A DNA stretch of 64,000 bases from Zootoca vivipara (GCF_963506605.1 NC_083282.1:95170001-95234000); one strand, 5' to 3'; positions 22,883 to 36,259 are shown, numbered from the stretch's first letter. The notes: generated from the sequence alone by a model not told the origin. Made by a program: numbers and translations.

Positions 22883-25800
22883 ATGGCCTCGCAAAACACC
22901 GACCCCGGCGCCGCCGCCGCAGCCGCAGCCTCCAGGAAGGCGGCCGAGCCCGGCGGCGCCGCCGCCCGAGGCTCCGTCCGGAGCAGGTAGGGGGCGGCCG
23001 ACTCCTGAGCGCGTGCAGAGTGCCTCGACGGCCCTTCCTGTAAGGGGGGGAGGAGGTTGGCCATCGGGCTCCTGAGCGCGTGCAGAGTACCCCCGTGCTT
23101 CTTCCTGTTTGCGGGGGTAAAGGGGCTCCTGAGCGCGTGCAGAGTGCCTCGGCGGCACTTCCTGTCGGTGGGGGAAGGGAGTAGGCCGTCGGGCTCCCGG
23201 GCGCGTGCAGAGTATCTCCGTGCTTCTTCCTGTTTGCGGGGGTAAGGGGGCTCCTGAGCGTGTGCAGGACCCCGCCCTGTTGCTGCCGGCCTAACCCTGT
23301 TTTCCCCGTCTCCGCTTCACAGGCTGCAGCAGGAGCTGATGACTTTGATGGTGAGTCGCCCTTTCAGCAGCCCTTTAACTGCTGCTCTGCTTCTGGCTGG
23401 AGAGCCCAGGCGGGGGGGGGAGGGGGAGCTTCCTGCCTTCTGACCAGCCCAGGATGGATGCCCTTTAAGGGTCCCGACACCTGTGGAGTAAAGGGGGGAT
23501 GGGGTGCCTTGGCTTTGCCGGAGAAGGCCAAAGATCCACATTGAATGTCTTGAGCACCCCAGAACAGAACCAGCCCCCCTGGGTGCTGCTTGGCTGGGGC
23601 ATCACCTTCCATCTATTTCTTTGCTTGCTTCATTAAATTTATACCCCCACTTGATTGTAGCTCAAAACCTCAGCGCAGTATAGGAAAAAGTCAAAAGAAC
23701 AACAGATCCCACAAAAAATACAGCAATAAGTTAAAACACAAAAGGTTACAAGAACAATGCGCTGTGGAAAAACACATCCACTTGTCTAAACAAGAACTAT
23801 GTCGTTATTATTTGTTGAAATTGTTAGTCATTTTATCTTGCCCAAGGGCAAACCAAACAAAATACGAAGTCCACATGGATACAGTAAAACAAGGTAGGGG
23901 GATTAAATATATATATATCCCACCCAGGCACCATAAAGCATGCAGTGAAGTCACTTGCCTCATGTCAAGAGGCAGGGAGTTCCAAAGTGCAGATGCTGTC
24001 CTGAAAAATCAAGTTCTTACAAATGCAAAATGGGCATCATGGGGCACCTGTGACAGGGCCCGATTCGCAGTCTGAAGCGGATGAGTGGGCAGATAGGAGG
24101 CAAGGCAAGCTGCTAGGTAAACTGGCCCCTGTTGCTGAGGGTTTTGTGGGCGGTAATAATAATAATACTTAATTTTATTATTTATACCCTGCCCTGCTCC
24201 CAACAGAACACTAAAAAACAGAATAAAACTTCAAACATTAAAAACTTCCCTAAGCAGTAGTAATGGAGGGGCAGCTTGTGAAGCTGGGCACCCTGTTGCC
24301 CCAGGGGAGAAATGTGGGCCGGCCGGCCAGGGCACCCTCCTCACCCTGCACCCTCCTCAGTGAGGCAACCTTCCCTGCTGCTTCCAGCCAACTGCAAAGC
24401 GTCCCCCAGCAACCCCTTTCTGCAGCCACTCTAGCCTGTTTCTCCACACAGATGTCTGGGGATAAAGGGATCTCGGCCTTCCCAGAATCAGACAACCTCT
24501 TCAAGTGGATCGGGACCATTAATGGAGCCACTGGGACGGTGAGTTGGGTCGGCAGGAGCGCTGGGAACCTCGGAAGCCCTCGCACCGAGCCTTTGGCCTC
24601 GAGGTCAGCCTCATCTACACCAGCGGAGGCAGCAGCAGCAGCTCTCCAGGGTCTCGGGAGGAGGGGGCCTTCCCCCATGCGCAAGTTGCAGCCACCCTGT
24701 GGGTCACCAAATGAGCCAGGCTGCTCTCATCCGTTTGTCCTAGGAACAAAAATGTCCATCTGAGGGTCCCGGGTGCTTGGCAGTGTCTGGAGTGCTGTAC
24801 AGACCTGGGAACATACAATGCAACATGACCTCTGAGCACATGCAGAGTGCATTCTGTTATTTTATTTTTTTTAAATACATTTTTTATTCCAGTTTTCCAA
24901 ATTCAACAAATTAACAAAACCAATCTTTTATACAAAATCTTATATTCACATCTTTTACCTTGCTCCGCCAAGCTATGACTTCCCCCCTCCCTTCATGCGG
25001 GTTTCTTGTTAATTCCCTTTTTTGCAGTTCCTTTTTTGACATATTGGTCAATTCGTAAGGTTTATTTTAATCCTGCGAGAGTTTTTAATGATCTACAGTT
25101 TTTCTCCATATAGTCCACATATTTACTCCAGTCCTTTTGAAACCTTGTCTCCCCCTGGTCACGAATCTTGCATGTCAATCTAGCAAGTTCAGCATAGTCC
25201 ATCATTTTTATCTGCCACTCCACAATTGTAGGTAATTCCTGTAATTTCCATTTTTGGGCTAACAAAGTCCTAGCCGCGGTTGTTGCATACATAAACAGTG
25301 TTTGATCTTCTTTTCTAATCTCACCTCCCATTATTCCTAACAAAAATGCTTCTGGTTTTTTTGGAAAAGTATATCTAAACATCTTTTTCAATTCGTTATA
25401 TAAACTTTCCCAAAATCTTTTAACTTTTTCGCATGTCCACCACATATGATAAAATTCACCATCTTTCTCTTTACATTTCCAGCAACTTTTATCACTCATT
25501 CTATACATTTTAGCTAATTTAACAGAGTGCATTCTGTTATGGCCATGTATTTAGCCCGCATCCTGTGGTTAGAAGGCAGAGGCTAAAGTTTAGGCCCCTG
25601 TCGTCAGAAGCCTTTTGGGTCCTGCCACTCAGGGCAGAGCAGTTTGGAGATTGAATCCAATCTCCCAGAAAATGAGCCATCTAGGAAAATTGCTGCCAGA
25701 TTTCAAGTGCTTAACAGGATCTCCAGAAGGCAAGAGGGAATGGCTGCTGCCTGAGGTCCAAGGGGTCCCGAATCTCCTGCAGCGTTCTGTTCTCACAGTG

Positions 25801-28060
25801 AACAGTTAGAAGCCCACAAACAGTGATGGCAAAAGGCGGAAGCAAGCGGAGTTGGGTATCTTGCCTTGAGGCATGAGGCAAAGAGAGGCAGCATGGTGCA
25901 ATGGTTAGTGTGTCAGGCTTGGGACGGGGATATAGCAGGGCTTGAATCCCCACTCGGCCATGAAGCTCACATTGAGGACTAGTCACCTGCCTCTTAGCCT
26001 AGCCTCCCTCGCAGGGTTGTTGCGGGGATTAAATGAGGAAAGGAAGAACTATGTCCACTCCCTTGAGCTCCTTTGGAAAAGGTGAAATATAAATGCAATT
26101 ATTTATAATGAGGTGGAACGCAGGGGATGCGAAATTCCACTCAAGTATCTGATTTATGCCTCTCTGCTCTTCTCCCAAACTCCGCCGCCCCCTTCCCAAA
26201 AAAGGTGTATGAAGACCTGAGGTACAAGCTGTCCTTGGAGTTCCCCAGTGGGTACCCTTACAATGCGCCCACCGTCAAATTCCTGACCCCCTGCTACCAC
26301 CCCAACGTGGACCTGCAGGGGAACATCTGCCTGGATATCCTCAAGGACAAGTGGTCTGCTCTCTACGACGTCCGAACCATCCTTCTCTCCATCCAGAGTC
26401 TGCTGGGAGGTGAGTCAGAATTTGTGCTCTGGGCCTTGGGCTGGGGGGTGGGGGCTGCTTCTGCCCTCCAACTCCTAGCCTGGCCTGGGGTCCAGCCAGG
26501 CCCCTCCAGCCCCAGTGAAACAACTGGCACTAGCTTGCTGCTCTGCCTGAAGAACTCCGACCCGGTCTTGTCCTGAGAATTCAAGGTGGGCTTGCATGAT
26601 CTTTCTTGCTTGTTCCACCATGAAAGCCGTTCTCCACACCTCATTCATTTTTTCCTTCAATGGCGGCACTGAAGACCCAAAACTGATTTAGCCACAATTC
26701 ATGCATTGCAGGGGGTTGGGCTAGATGACCCTTGGGGATCCCTTCCGGCTTTTCGTTTCTATGAAAACCTGCATCTGTTCGCCCCCACGGCCCCTCCTTT
26801 GTCTCCCACCCAGAATAGAATCATAGAGTTGGAAGAGACCACAAGGGCCATCCAGTCCAACCCCCTGCCAAGCAGGAAACACCATCAAAGCATTCTTGAC
26901 ATATGCCTGTCAAGCCTCTGCTTAAAGACCTCCAAAGAAGGAGACTCCACCACACTCCTTGGTAGCAAATTCCACTGCCGAACAGCTCTTACTGTCAGGA
27001 AGTTCTTCCTAATGTTTAGGTGGAATCTTCTTTCTTGTAGTTTGAATCCATTGCTCCGTGTCCTCTTCTCTGGAGCAGCAGAAAACAACCTTTCACCCTC
27101 CTCTATATTACTATTACTTCCCTTGGTCTAGATGCTATACTCCTATTGATGCAGCCCAGGTGGAATCTTCTTATAATTCCTGGGGCTGTGCTCAGAAGAT
27201 CTTCCTGGCTGCAACTTCTGCCCTGGGAGCTGATGTGTGTTTATGGGCTGGGAAGAGTCCCCTGGCTTGTATTTGTAGCATAGGGGGTGCAGTTAAAGGA
27301 CCCCACACACACACACCCAGTCAGTCTTGGGCCTTTGCCAACCGCAGCCCCTGCCCTGACAGCAAATCTTTCCCCTCAGAGCCAAACGTCGAGAGTCCGC
27401 TGAACACGGAAGCTGCAGAGCTCTGGAAGGACCAGACAGGTGAGAGTCTCGAGATTCAGATTATGCATTCGGGGGGGGGGGGGTCCTCTCTGGATCTCTT
27501 TTTCTCTCCTCCCCACTCTCTGAAGTCACCTCGTTTTGAGCCCCAGAGGATGCTGCGAGGATCCGTGCCTTGGAGCATGTGCAGAGGTTTTACACAGCCC
27601 GCCCAGGGGACAGTCCTCTGGAACGTGGAGGTGGAGACACTTGAGACTGGGGGGCCGGAGGGAGTGTCGGGGGCAGTTTGGAGGCCCAAGGAAGCCCCCC
27701 GCTTGAGTCCTTGGATGTTGCTTCAACAGAAGGGATGGGGGGGGGCTATGGAGGAGGAATCAAAGCCACAGCGCTGGGTCCTTTGTGTGTGTTTCTTCCT
27801 CCAGGGGGGGGTGTGTGTGTCTCTTCCTCCAGCCACCAACTGCTATTGCAGTCCCATTTGACATGGCCTGGGGGAGGGAAGGGGGTGTCTTGTGGTTTTT
27901 TTGGGGGGGGGTGCTGTTGCTCAGGAGGCAGCAGCCATTCAGAAGCCCCAGCCGCCACCGCCTCCTCCTGACCTGCCTTTCCATGTCTCTTCCCCCCACA
28001 GCCTACAAGAAGTACCTTCACGAATCCTATGCAAAGCATATGAAGAACCAGGATACCTGA
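22883..28060 (+). CDS. UBE2C: Ubiquitin-conjugating enzyme E2 C, 6 exons
   Basis: Exons 22883-22986, 23323-23350, 24452-24538, 26205-26409, 27380-27439, 28002-28060. MASQN start, [44 protein letters not shown] with catalytic Cys. AATAAA at 28221-28226. Confidence 0.97.
23002..23268 (+). repeat. GC-rich dimeric minisatellite in UBE2C intron 1
   Basis: Five CTCCTGAGCGCGTGCAGAGT-like cores separated by alternating A/B linkers (units of ~67 and ~57 bp). Confidence 0.85.
24861..25522 (-). mobile_element. 5'-truncated L1-clade LINE
   Basis: ORF 25062-25532 with CWKC..HMWWTC; 18-bp TSD CAGAGTGCATTCTGTTAT (24843-24860, 25523-25540). Confidence 0.92.
26814..27160 (-). mobile_element. Young CR1 3' end
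   Basis: Near-identical to the other CR1 tails; internal deletion near 27105. Confidence 0.88.
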
Positions 28061-28706
28061 AGACCCCCCTTCCCTCCTCCCCCCCCGCCCCATTTCTGTC
28101 TTCCGTCTCTCCACCCTGGTGGTATGTCTGTCTTTGCAGCGCTTTCTCTGTGAATGTCACACTGTATTATAGACTTGTTTTTAAATTTATTTGGCATTTT
28201 GTCCTGTGGATTAATGTATAAATAAACCTGTTTTCGTTTTGGGGTTTTTTTTTCTAAACGGAGGCCTGGTTCCTGCTCTGCTTCTGCTGCTCGCCTGGGC
28301 CCCTATATTGAAACCCAGAGGTGTGGGGGTCAGCTCAGAGCACCTCTCCCTACGGACGCCGCAAGAGGGGGCTGGCCACTGGGCCGCGGGGAGCACACCC
28401 CATTTTGCATGTGGGAGCCCGGACGTGGGTTGCTGGCTTGGGGAGGAAGTTTTGTAGGCAGCCAGGAGAGTGGCCTTGGCCAAGATAAAGCGACTAACAA
28501 ATTTAATAAATAGTAATAATAAAAAATGGGGGCTTGTTAAGGGTTCTTGAGGCCACCTAAGGGAGAGCCCTGCCGGATCTCCTACTCCCCCCCCCCCGAA
28601 CTAGTTACTTTGAGGAGGCAGCCAGCTCTTGCAGTTTTGAATTCCAGGAGCTGGTGATGTGCTGGGAGAAGGCTTAGGAAGGAACCCCCAAGGTCATCCT
28701 CTAGCC

Positions 28707-28842
28707 CAGGCATCCCCAAGCTTGGCCCTCCAGATGTTTTGGGACTACAATTCCCATCATCCCTGACCACTGGTCCTGTTAGCTAGGGATCATGGGAGTT
28801 GTAGTCTCAAGACATCTGGAGGGCCGAGCTTGGGGGTGCCTG
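28707..28842. mobile_element. Palindromic hAT MITE (same family as 12696)
   Basis: 8-bp TSD CTCTAGCC (28699-28706, 28843-28850). Confidence 0.88.
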
Positions 28843-29755
28843 CTCTAGCCCCACCCCCTGTAATGAATCCCTAGCCGATGGCCACAACAACCGCTGTTTA
28901 AAAACCTCCAATGAGGGTCCATCCTGTTGTTGGTCCTGAATGTTGCTTTTCTGAAGCAAACTGGCCTTCTTTTCTCTCTCGCCTTTTTCGAGCCTTCAGC
29001 TGAGACCTCCTCTGCCTGCTTAGAGTCTTCTGCATGGCTATGACATTGTGCTAACAGCCTTTGCTTTGCAGCACTGACCAAAGGAGAACCTTGATTTGTC
29101 TTTGGTACCAACGGACCGTCTCTCTTGCGGAAGTGGAGCTCTGCCCCACGGTGTGCAGCTGCCTGTTCTAAACGCCAGGAAAAGATCTCTCTATGCCCTG
29201 CCCCACCAAAGGACTCCACCCCTCCCATTTCTGGTTGCCTGATTTACAAGCCCCTCCAGGGGGCTTATTTGGGCCAGAGGGGAGAGGGTTCTGTGGCCCC
29301 CTCTGGCCCAGCTCCCCTCATTGCCAGGAGCCAGCCAGGTCAGTTTGAAAGGGACCTCAAGGGCCATCTAGCCCAACCCCTGCAATGTGGGGGGTGGGGG
29401 GATTCGTGGTCCACCCACACCCAGAGGCCCCCACCCTCTGTTCCCATCCACCTCACACCCCTCCCAGAGTCTGGGTCGGGTCCGCACTGCAGACGATGCT
29501 CAGCTCCAGTCCTTTGCTCTTTATTGACGTGTTGAGTGCTATAAATAGAGCATCACAGGCTTGGGGGTCGGTGGGCCCCCCCCAAAGCAGAGCCAAAACG
29601 AGTCTCTGAGCTGTGTTGGAGCAGCAGGCTGGAACAGGACTGGAGGGGTGGGGGCAGCTCAAAAGGCGAGGCTTGGCGGCTGGAGCAGAGGCAAGAGGGG
29701 GCCGGCTTGGCGGCTGGCAGCGGCCCTCAACTTTGCAGGAATGTATTGAGTCGCT

Positions 29756-32700
29756 TTACTGCACACCCTCCATCATCTTCAGGAACTCTGTAGGGGGGAG
29801 ACAGAAAACAGGTCAGTCCTGAAGCAGGAGGGGGCCAAGGAGCCCTGACTCCACACACCACAGGCCTAAGCAGCAGGATCTTGAGGGGGCAGCAACCTTG
29901 CCCAGATTGGGGCTGGCTGTGGCTCTAAACCCCTGCCCCCAGATGAAGGATTCTGGCCAGGTCATCAAGAGCCCGGAATCGACAGCTGCCAAAATCCGGG
30001 AAGGAAGAGGGAAGCCTATTTCCATGGAAGCTGAGAACTGATTTACTTGTTTGTATATAAAATTCATATACCGCTTGAGCGGGGAGGCTGTGTGCCTTGA
30101 GGGCCCTGCCCAGTGGGACAGGGAGCCTGTGGGGCTGGTGGAAGGGTCACAGAACTGCCTCTCCAGCTCCAAAGAAAGGCTTGGCTCATCCACTCACCGT
30201 CAAAGTCGATCCGGCCATCGTTGTTTTTGTCGCCGTCCTTCATGAGCTCCTCAATCTCTTCGTCAGTGACAGACTCTCCAGATATCCGGAAGATCTCAAC
30301 CAGCTCCTCTGCATCCAGGAAGCCATCGCCATTCCTGTTTTTGGGTAGGGGGAGGAGAAGTGTTGAGGGGGCAGCACTAAGCTCCTGATTTAAACCCATC
30401 ACTGCAGTCTGATCAGAACCAGGTCTGGGCACCCCAGTTTAAAGGAGGCTATTGGGAGGCTGAAACGGGTGCAGGTGACCTGCTGGGTAATAGAATCCTA
30501 GAGTTGGAAGAGACCACAAGGGCCATCCAGTCCAACCCCCTGCTGAGCAGGAAACACCATCAAAGCATTCTTGACATATGCCTGTCAAGCCTCTGCTTAA
30601 AGACCTCCAAAGAAGGAGACTCCACCACACTCCTTGGTAGCAAATTCCACTGCCGAACAGCTCTTACTGTCAGGAAGTTCTTCCTAATGTTCAGGTGGAA
30701 TCTTCTTTCTTGTAGTTTGAATCCATTGCTCCGTGTCCGCTTCTCTGGAGCAGCAGAAAACAACCTTTCTCCCTCCTCCTCTTATATATTTGAACATGGC
30801 TATCATATCACCCCTTAACCTTCTCTTCTCCAGGCTAAACATACCCAGCTCCCTAAGCCATTCCTCGTAAGGCATCGTTTCCAGGCCTTTGACCATTTTG
30901 GTTGCCCTCTTCTGGACATGTTCCAGCTTGTCAGTATCCTTCTTGAACTGTGGTGCCCAGAACTGGACACAGTACTCCAGGTGAGGTCTGACCAGAGCAG
31001 AATACAGTGGTACTATTGCTTCCCTTGATCTAGATGCTATACTCCTATTGATGCAGCCCAGAATTGCATTGGCTTTTTTAGCTGCTGCATCACACTGCTG
31101 ACTCATGTCAAGTTTGTGGTCTACCAGGACTCCTAGATCCTTTTCACATGTACTGCTCTCAAGCCAGGTGTCTCCCATCCTGTATTTGTGCCTTTAATTT
31201 TTTTTTTTTGCCCAAGTGTAGTACTTTACATTTCTCCTTGTTTAAGGAGTCCCTTCCAATTCTGGGAACAGCTGTGGGGACGTGGTTTCTGTGAGCAGGC
31301 ATTGTCTTCTAAGGGGGTACAGCTTCTCTGCTCTCCAATGCTTAAAGTTGGGAAGACCAGAGAAGGATCATAGAGTTGGAAGAGACCACAAGGGCCATCC
31401 AGTCCAACCCCCTGCCAAGCAGGAAACGCCATCAAAGGATTCTTGACATATGCCTGTCAAGCCTCTGCTTAAAGACCTCCAAAGAAGGAGACTCCACCAC
31501 ACTCCTTGGCAGCAAATCCCACTGTCTGACAGCTCTTACTGTCGGGAAGTTCTTCCTAATGTTTAGGTGGAAGCTTCTTTCTTGTAGTTTGAATCCATTG
31601 CTCCGTGTCTTTGAAAGGCAATAAAGAGTCCCTAGCAGAGCACCTCCTGCTGATCTTGGTGTGGGAAGAGGTGTTCCTTCAGCCTTAACGCCCTGAAACG
31701 GGCCCAGAAGACAAGAGGCAATGGGTGCAATTGTTCTCAGAGTTGATATTCTCCGGCAGAGGGCATTGCAAGAGCAAGCCCTGAAGTCAGCAGGGCAAAG
31801 ATCAATGGGGCAGAGGCCACGTGCCATAGGCGATTCAAGATGCACCCCCAAAGTACATGCCCACTCCTTTGAGGGCAGTGCCACCCCGTCTAGAACAAGA
31901 TGCCCCACCAGCGCCCAGATCGGAGAGCCGATCACCCACAGAGCCTCCGTCTTGTCTAGATTCAGCTGGTTTGTTGGCTCCACAACCAGCATGTGGGGTG
32001 GAACCGGGCAGGTGCCCCCTGCCCCACTTCTCAATGGAATCCCAGTGTGTGTGTTTTCATGGGTTGGCCTGTGGCAGACTGGTGGTGAGGGAAGACTCCC
32101 CGCTGGTGTGTCAGGATGAGTCTGCATGTGGCCTTCTGATTCCACACAAGCACTCCAGGGTTGGTGACCCCCTTCTCTTCCAAGCCTGGCACCAGCTGGG
32201 CAGGGTCCAAGCGGAGAAGGGAGATGGTGTCTGGGCAGCCAGGTACACCTGAAGCCGCCTGAAGTTCACGGTTGCTGAAGTGCTAAGGAGGCCCCCACTT
32301 AGCTCAGCCAACTCCTCTGCCTTTGCAGGGCCAGGAGGTGCCCCGATCCTTTGTGCCTGGCATTTGCCTACCTCAGGCTCCTCCTTCCTCAAAAGCTGCC
32401 CATGTTTGCCAGGAGGTGAAAAAGGAGACTGGACAGAATTAGCCTCCAGGTAACAGAAGAAGAGGCAGCTTCTGCGACAACTGCAAATCACTCTCTTTTT
32501 CGGCTTTGGGTAGGAATGCCAGTGGAGTGGGGGGAGGATTTGAACCCTGGTCTCCCGGGTCCTCATCTGACACTCTACACACCACACATTTGTTTTGACA
32601 GTAAGTGCCGTTTGACAGTGGAGCAGACTCCTTTGCTGGAGGGTTTCGCGCAGAGGTCGGGTGGTCACCTGCCCATGGATGCCTTAGCTGTGATTCCTGC

Positions 32701-35700
32701 GCTGCTGGAGGTTGGACTAGAGGACCTTTGGGGGACCCTTGCAGTTCTATAGTTCTGTGGCTCGATACCAGTCCAGCTGCCATAAGGAGCTTTGAATGGG
32801 GGTCCCGTCGAGACTCTTGGCAGAGCATAAGTATCTCTGTGTGTGATCTGAACATTGCCCCCAGCTGTTCAGCCTTAAAACAAACCCTCCTCCAGGCAGG
32901 AGGGGCTTCTGCTGACCCCCCCTCCCCTTGTCAGCCTCACCTGTCAAAGATGCGGAAGCACTCAGCCAGCTCCTCCTCGCTTTTTCCCTTGGCATCCTCT
33001 TTCATCTGGCGCACCATCATGACCAAGAACTCCTCGAAGTCGATGGTTCCGCTGCCTGCAGGGAGGGTCCCCGGGACAAGGGTGAGGGTTGCCCCCTCCA
33101 GCCCCCTCCCAGCCTCCCTTCATCCCAGCCCGCCCCCCACCCAAGATGCAGGCCCTCCTCACCATCCTCATCCACCTCCTCTATGATGGCGTCCAGCTCC
33201 TCTTTGGTGGGCGTCTGGCCCAGCATCCTCATGACGGTGCCCAACTCCTTGGTGCTGATGTCGCCGCCCCCATCCGCGTCAAACATGTCAAAGGCGGCTT
33301 TGAACTCTGCAGGAGAGAGAGAGTAGGGGGGGGGGCTAGGGGATGAGCCTGGCAGGAACCAGAGCCAAGTCAACTCAGAGGTTTCCCAGATCCCGCAAGC
33401 CCTGAGTGGCAGGAGGCTGGGATGGATGACCGCTAGGGTCCCTTCTGACTACAATTCTAGCTGGTTTCATTCTTTCTAAAGGGCCAAAGGAGGGGAGGGG
33501 GGAATGGGCTTGCCAACGGGCTAAAAAGAATAATAGAAAAACCATCTGCCCACAACACAGGCCCCTCTCCTTTTTCACCTGAAGCTGTCATTCTATGGAA
33601 AACCTCATGGAGCTTCTGCAGGTGGTAGCAGCTCCTTGGTGTGGGAGGACCCCAAAACAACCCCCCCCCAAATGCATGCATGCACACAATCCCTGCTGTG
33701 CTCAGGCAGATTGGAATGGAGAAGGCCTTCCTGGGGCAACCCCTCCCCAAGTGATAATGCTTCAAACCTCACACAACTCACACGCAGAGGTAGTAGGGAG
33801 TCCTTGGCCAGGGGAGGTCTAGGGGGGGGGGACAAACTGCTAAACACGGTCAGAACTGCAGGCGGCAGAAGTAATCGCCCCTCTGCCCTGGACCTCCCCG
33901 ATTCCAGGCGTTCCCCTTCTGTGTGTGCAGCTGGAGATTCAGGAGCCACCAGAGTGAGAGGAAGATGGTTGCTTGGGTGCAATAGAGGGGTCAATTTTGG
34001 AGGGGCTGGGCAATATTTTGGGTGCTAGAAGAGGGGGTGCCTCCCCCACCCACCCACCCACCCACTCACCCACCCACCTGGCTTTGTACAAGCTCCAGTC
34101 ATGGAATCTGTTAAGCCTCTAAGCCACCCAAGCCACTTGTGGAATGGCTGGGCAGGGCATGGATATTCTTACTATTCTTGCAAAGAGCTCTAGAGGGTAT
34201 AAATGGCTTCGCCTCCCACTTTTATCTCCACAACAACCCCGTGAGGTAGTCGAAACAAAATAAAGTGTGCATGCACACGAAAGCTCATACCAATGACAAA
34301 CTTAGTTGGTCTCTAAGGTGCTACCAGAAGGGAATTTTTTTTTTATTTTGTTTCGACTACGGCAGACCAACACGGCTACCTACCTGTAACTAAACCTGTG
34401 AGGTAGGTTAAGCTGAGAGGCAGTGACTGGCTCCCAAGACCACACCCAGGGAGCTTCAAGACTGTCCTCATCCAACACCCTAACCACTATACCACACTGC
34501 CTCTCAGGGTGCCAGCAAATAAAATATTAGCTTATGACGTTTTGTGGTTACCCCGCCTTCCTCCCTAGTTGGCCCACATCCAAAATGGCCACTTTGCCCC
34601 TCGGCCGAGTCAGGGTGCCTGCTGTGCCCAACCGGGTGCCCCCCGAGGATGCCCCTCAACTCACCCGCGATCATTTCCTCAGTGAGGAAGGACCGGGCTT
34701 CCGCCTGCTGGTCCGTCTGCAAGGCAAGGGGAGGAAGTCACCAAGGGAGCAGAGTCAGGCCCAGCCGGGGCCATGCCCAGGGATGCCCTCCCCACCCCCG
34801 GCTACCTGCATTCCCCTCTGCCATTGCCACTGCTGCTGCTGCTTCTGCCACCTCCTCCTCAGGTGGTTGCTTCTCTCCCGAGACTTTCTTTCCCCAGCCC
34901 ACGAAAAGCCCCTTCTCTTGGCATCACCAGAAAGGGGACTGCTAGCCACTGGAGCTCCAACCCCGCCTTGGCCTCGGCTTGCTCCGCCTGGCATTCTGCA
35001 GGTGGTGCAGCAGAAGGGGATTCACAGAACCCAGCCCCCTGCGACCGGGGTTGCGAGTGCCAGGGTCTTGGGGCAGTGGGCAGGAGGAGCGCTGGGATTC
35101 CTGTTGTGGCTCCTGCATTGCGGCAGGGTTCGACTGGACGACCCCGGGGGTCCCTTCCGATTCCGCAAGAGCATCCCTTGCTCTCGAGAGGCTGGGCGGC
35201 ACATCTCCACCAAGGCTGGCAGAATCCGTCCCTGAGCAGCCCCTGCGTGGGTCCCAGCTTGCAGGTTCCTAAGGTCCATCTTGCAGAGGCAGCCAGCTTT
35301 GGCCCAGAGTTGCGCAGCAGCCCCAGGCTTCTTTGGACTTCGCCAGGATTCCTGGGACCTGAGAGAGAGGGACCTCACGGGGCCCACAGTGGCTGGCCAG
35401 AGGAGAGGATGGCGGTCCTTGACGGAGGGATGCTATTCTTAGCAGCGCCTGCCGGGTGCCTCCTTCTAGGGTGCTCAGCAGGCCGCCAGCCAGCTGCTCC
35501 AGCACCTGTTGGCTGGCAGATTGGGTTACTCCTTCGAGCCGGGTCTTGTAGCTCAGCGGCCGACAGGCAGGCAGGCAGGCAGGGTTCCTGGGGCGGCTTG
35601 GCTTTCTCCACGGCCATCCGGCTCCATCCTTCATGTCCTTGGCCAGGCTTTGCGAAGGGTGCAATGACCCCCTGGGCAGCCCCCCACCCGCCCAGATCCA

Positions 35701-36146
35701 AGGAGATTCCCCATTTGCCCCCATCTCTCTTCCAGCAAAAACCGCCCTACTCCCCCAACACCCCGAGCCACGGTTGACCTCTCCGCCCTCTCTTTCCATG
35801 AGAAGACCCCATCCCCGCCCTCTGCCTTTTGCCTTGCCCCCGCCCAGCCCCACCAGTCTCCCCTGCAGCCTCAGCCCAAGGGCCACTCCTGCCCTTCGGC
35901 CCCACACAGGGCAGCTCCTCCGGGAGCCGTGCTTGTGTCCTGGCCACGTCTCCTGCCGCGATCTGTGCTGGTCATGAGCCCCGGCGCCGGCCTGTCCCAT
36001 CGGACGCGCGAACAACCAGTCCATCTCACCACCTGCGCACGATCCGCGGCCCGGTCCGGCATCCCGGGAGGAGATGAGTCTCCCACCGTCCTGGGCGCCG
36101 CCGTCAAAAATGGGCACACGTGCCCATGTCTTACCATGCTTACCAT
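29756..36146 (-). CDS. TNNC2: Troponin C, fast skeletal muscle, 6 exons
   Basis: Exons 36135-36146 (or 36144-36146), 34665-34716, 33163-33306, 32941-33055, 30198-30334, 29756-29787. [40 protein letters not shown]...[13 protein letters not shown] with four EF-hands. Minus-strand AATAAA at 29520-29525. Confidence 0.97.
30490..31608 (-). mobile_element. Two tandem young CR1 3' fragments (30490-31242, 31367-31608)
   Basis: ORF 30684-31178 ([21 protein letters not shown]) and CR1 tails. Confidence 0.9.
34246..34391 (+). mobile_element. Short Penelope-tail copy with truncated hammerhead and 5' inversion
   Basis: Matches 4489-4609; preceded by 34246-34264, an inverted copy of 34342-34360. Confidence 0.85.
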
Positions 36147-36259
36147 GTTGGCAGGAAAGACCCCACAGCAACCCACAGAGAGAAAGAGACCCGGTGGCGC
36201 GTCCGCTCCGCTCCACTCCCCGGCGGACGACGGCAGAAAGCTTCTCTGCGGCTCCTGGC

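Noticed and set aside
23002-23268. CRISPR-like repeat-spacer appearance
   Set aside because: The linkers alternate between two related sequences, the context is a vertebrate intron, and there are no cas genes. It is a dimeric minisatellite.
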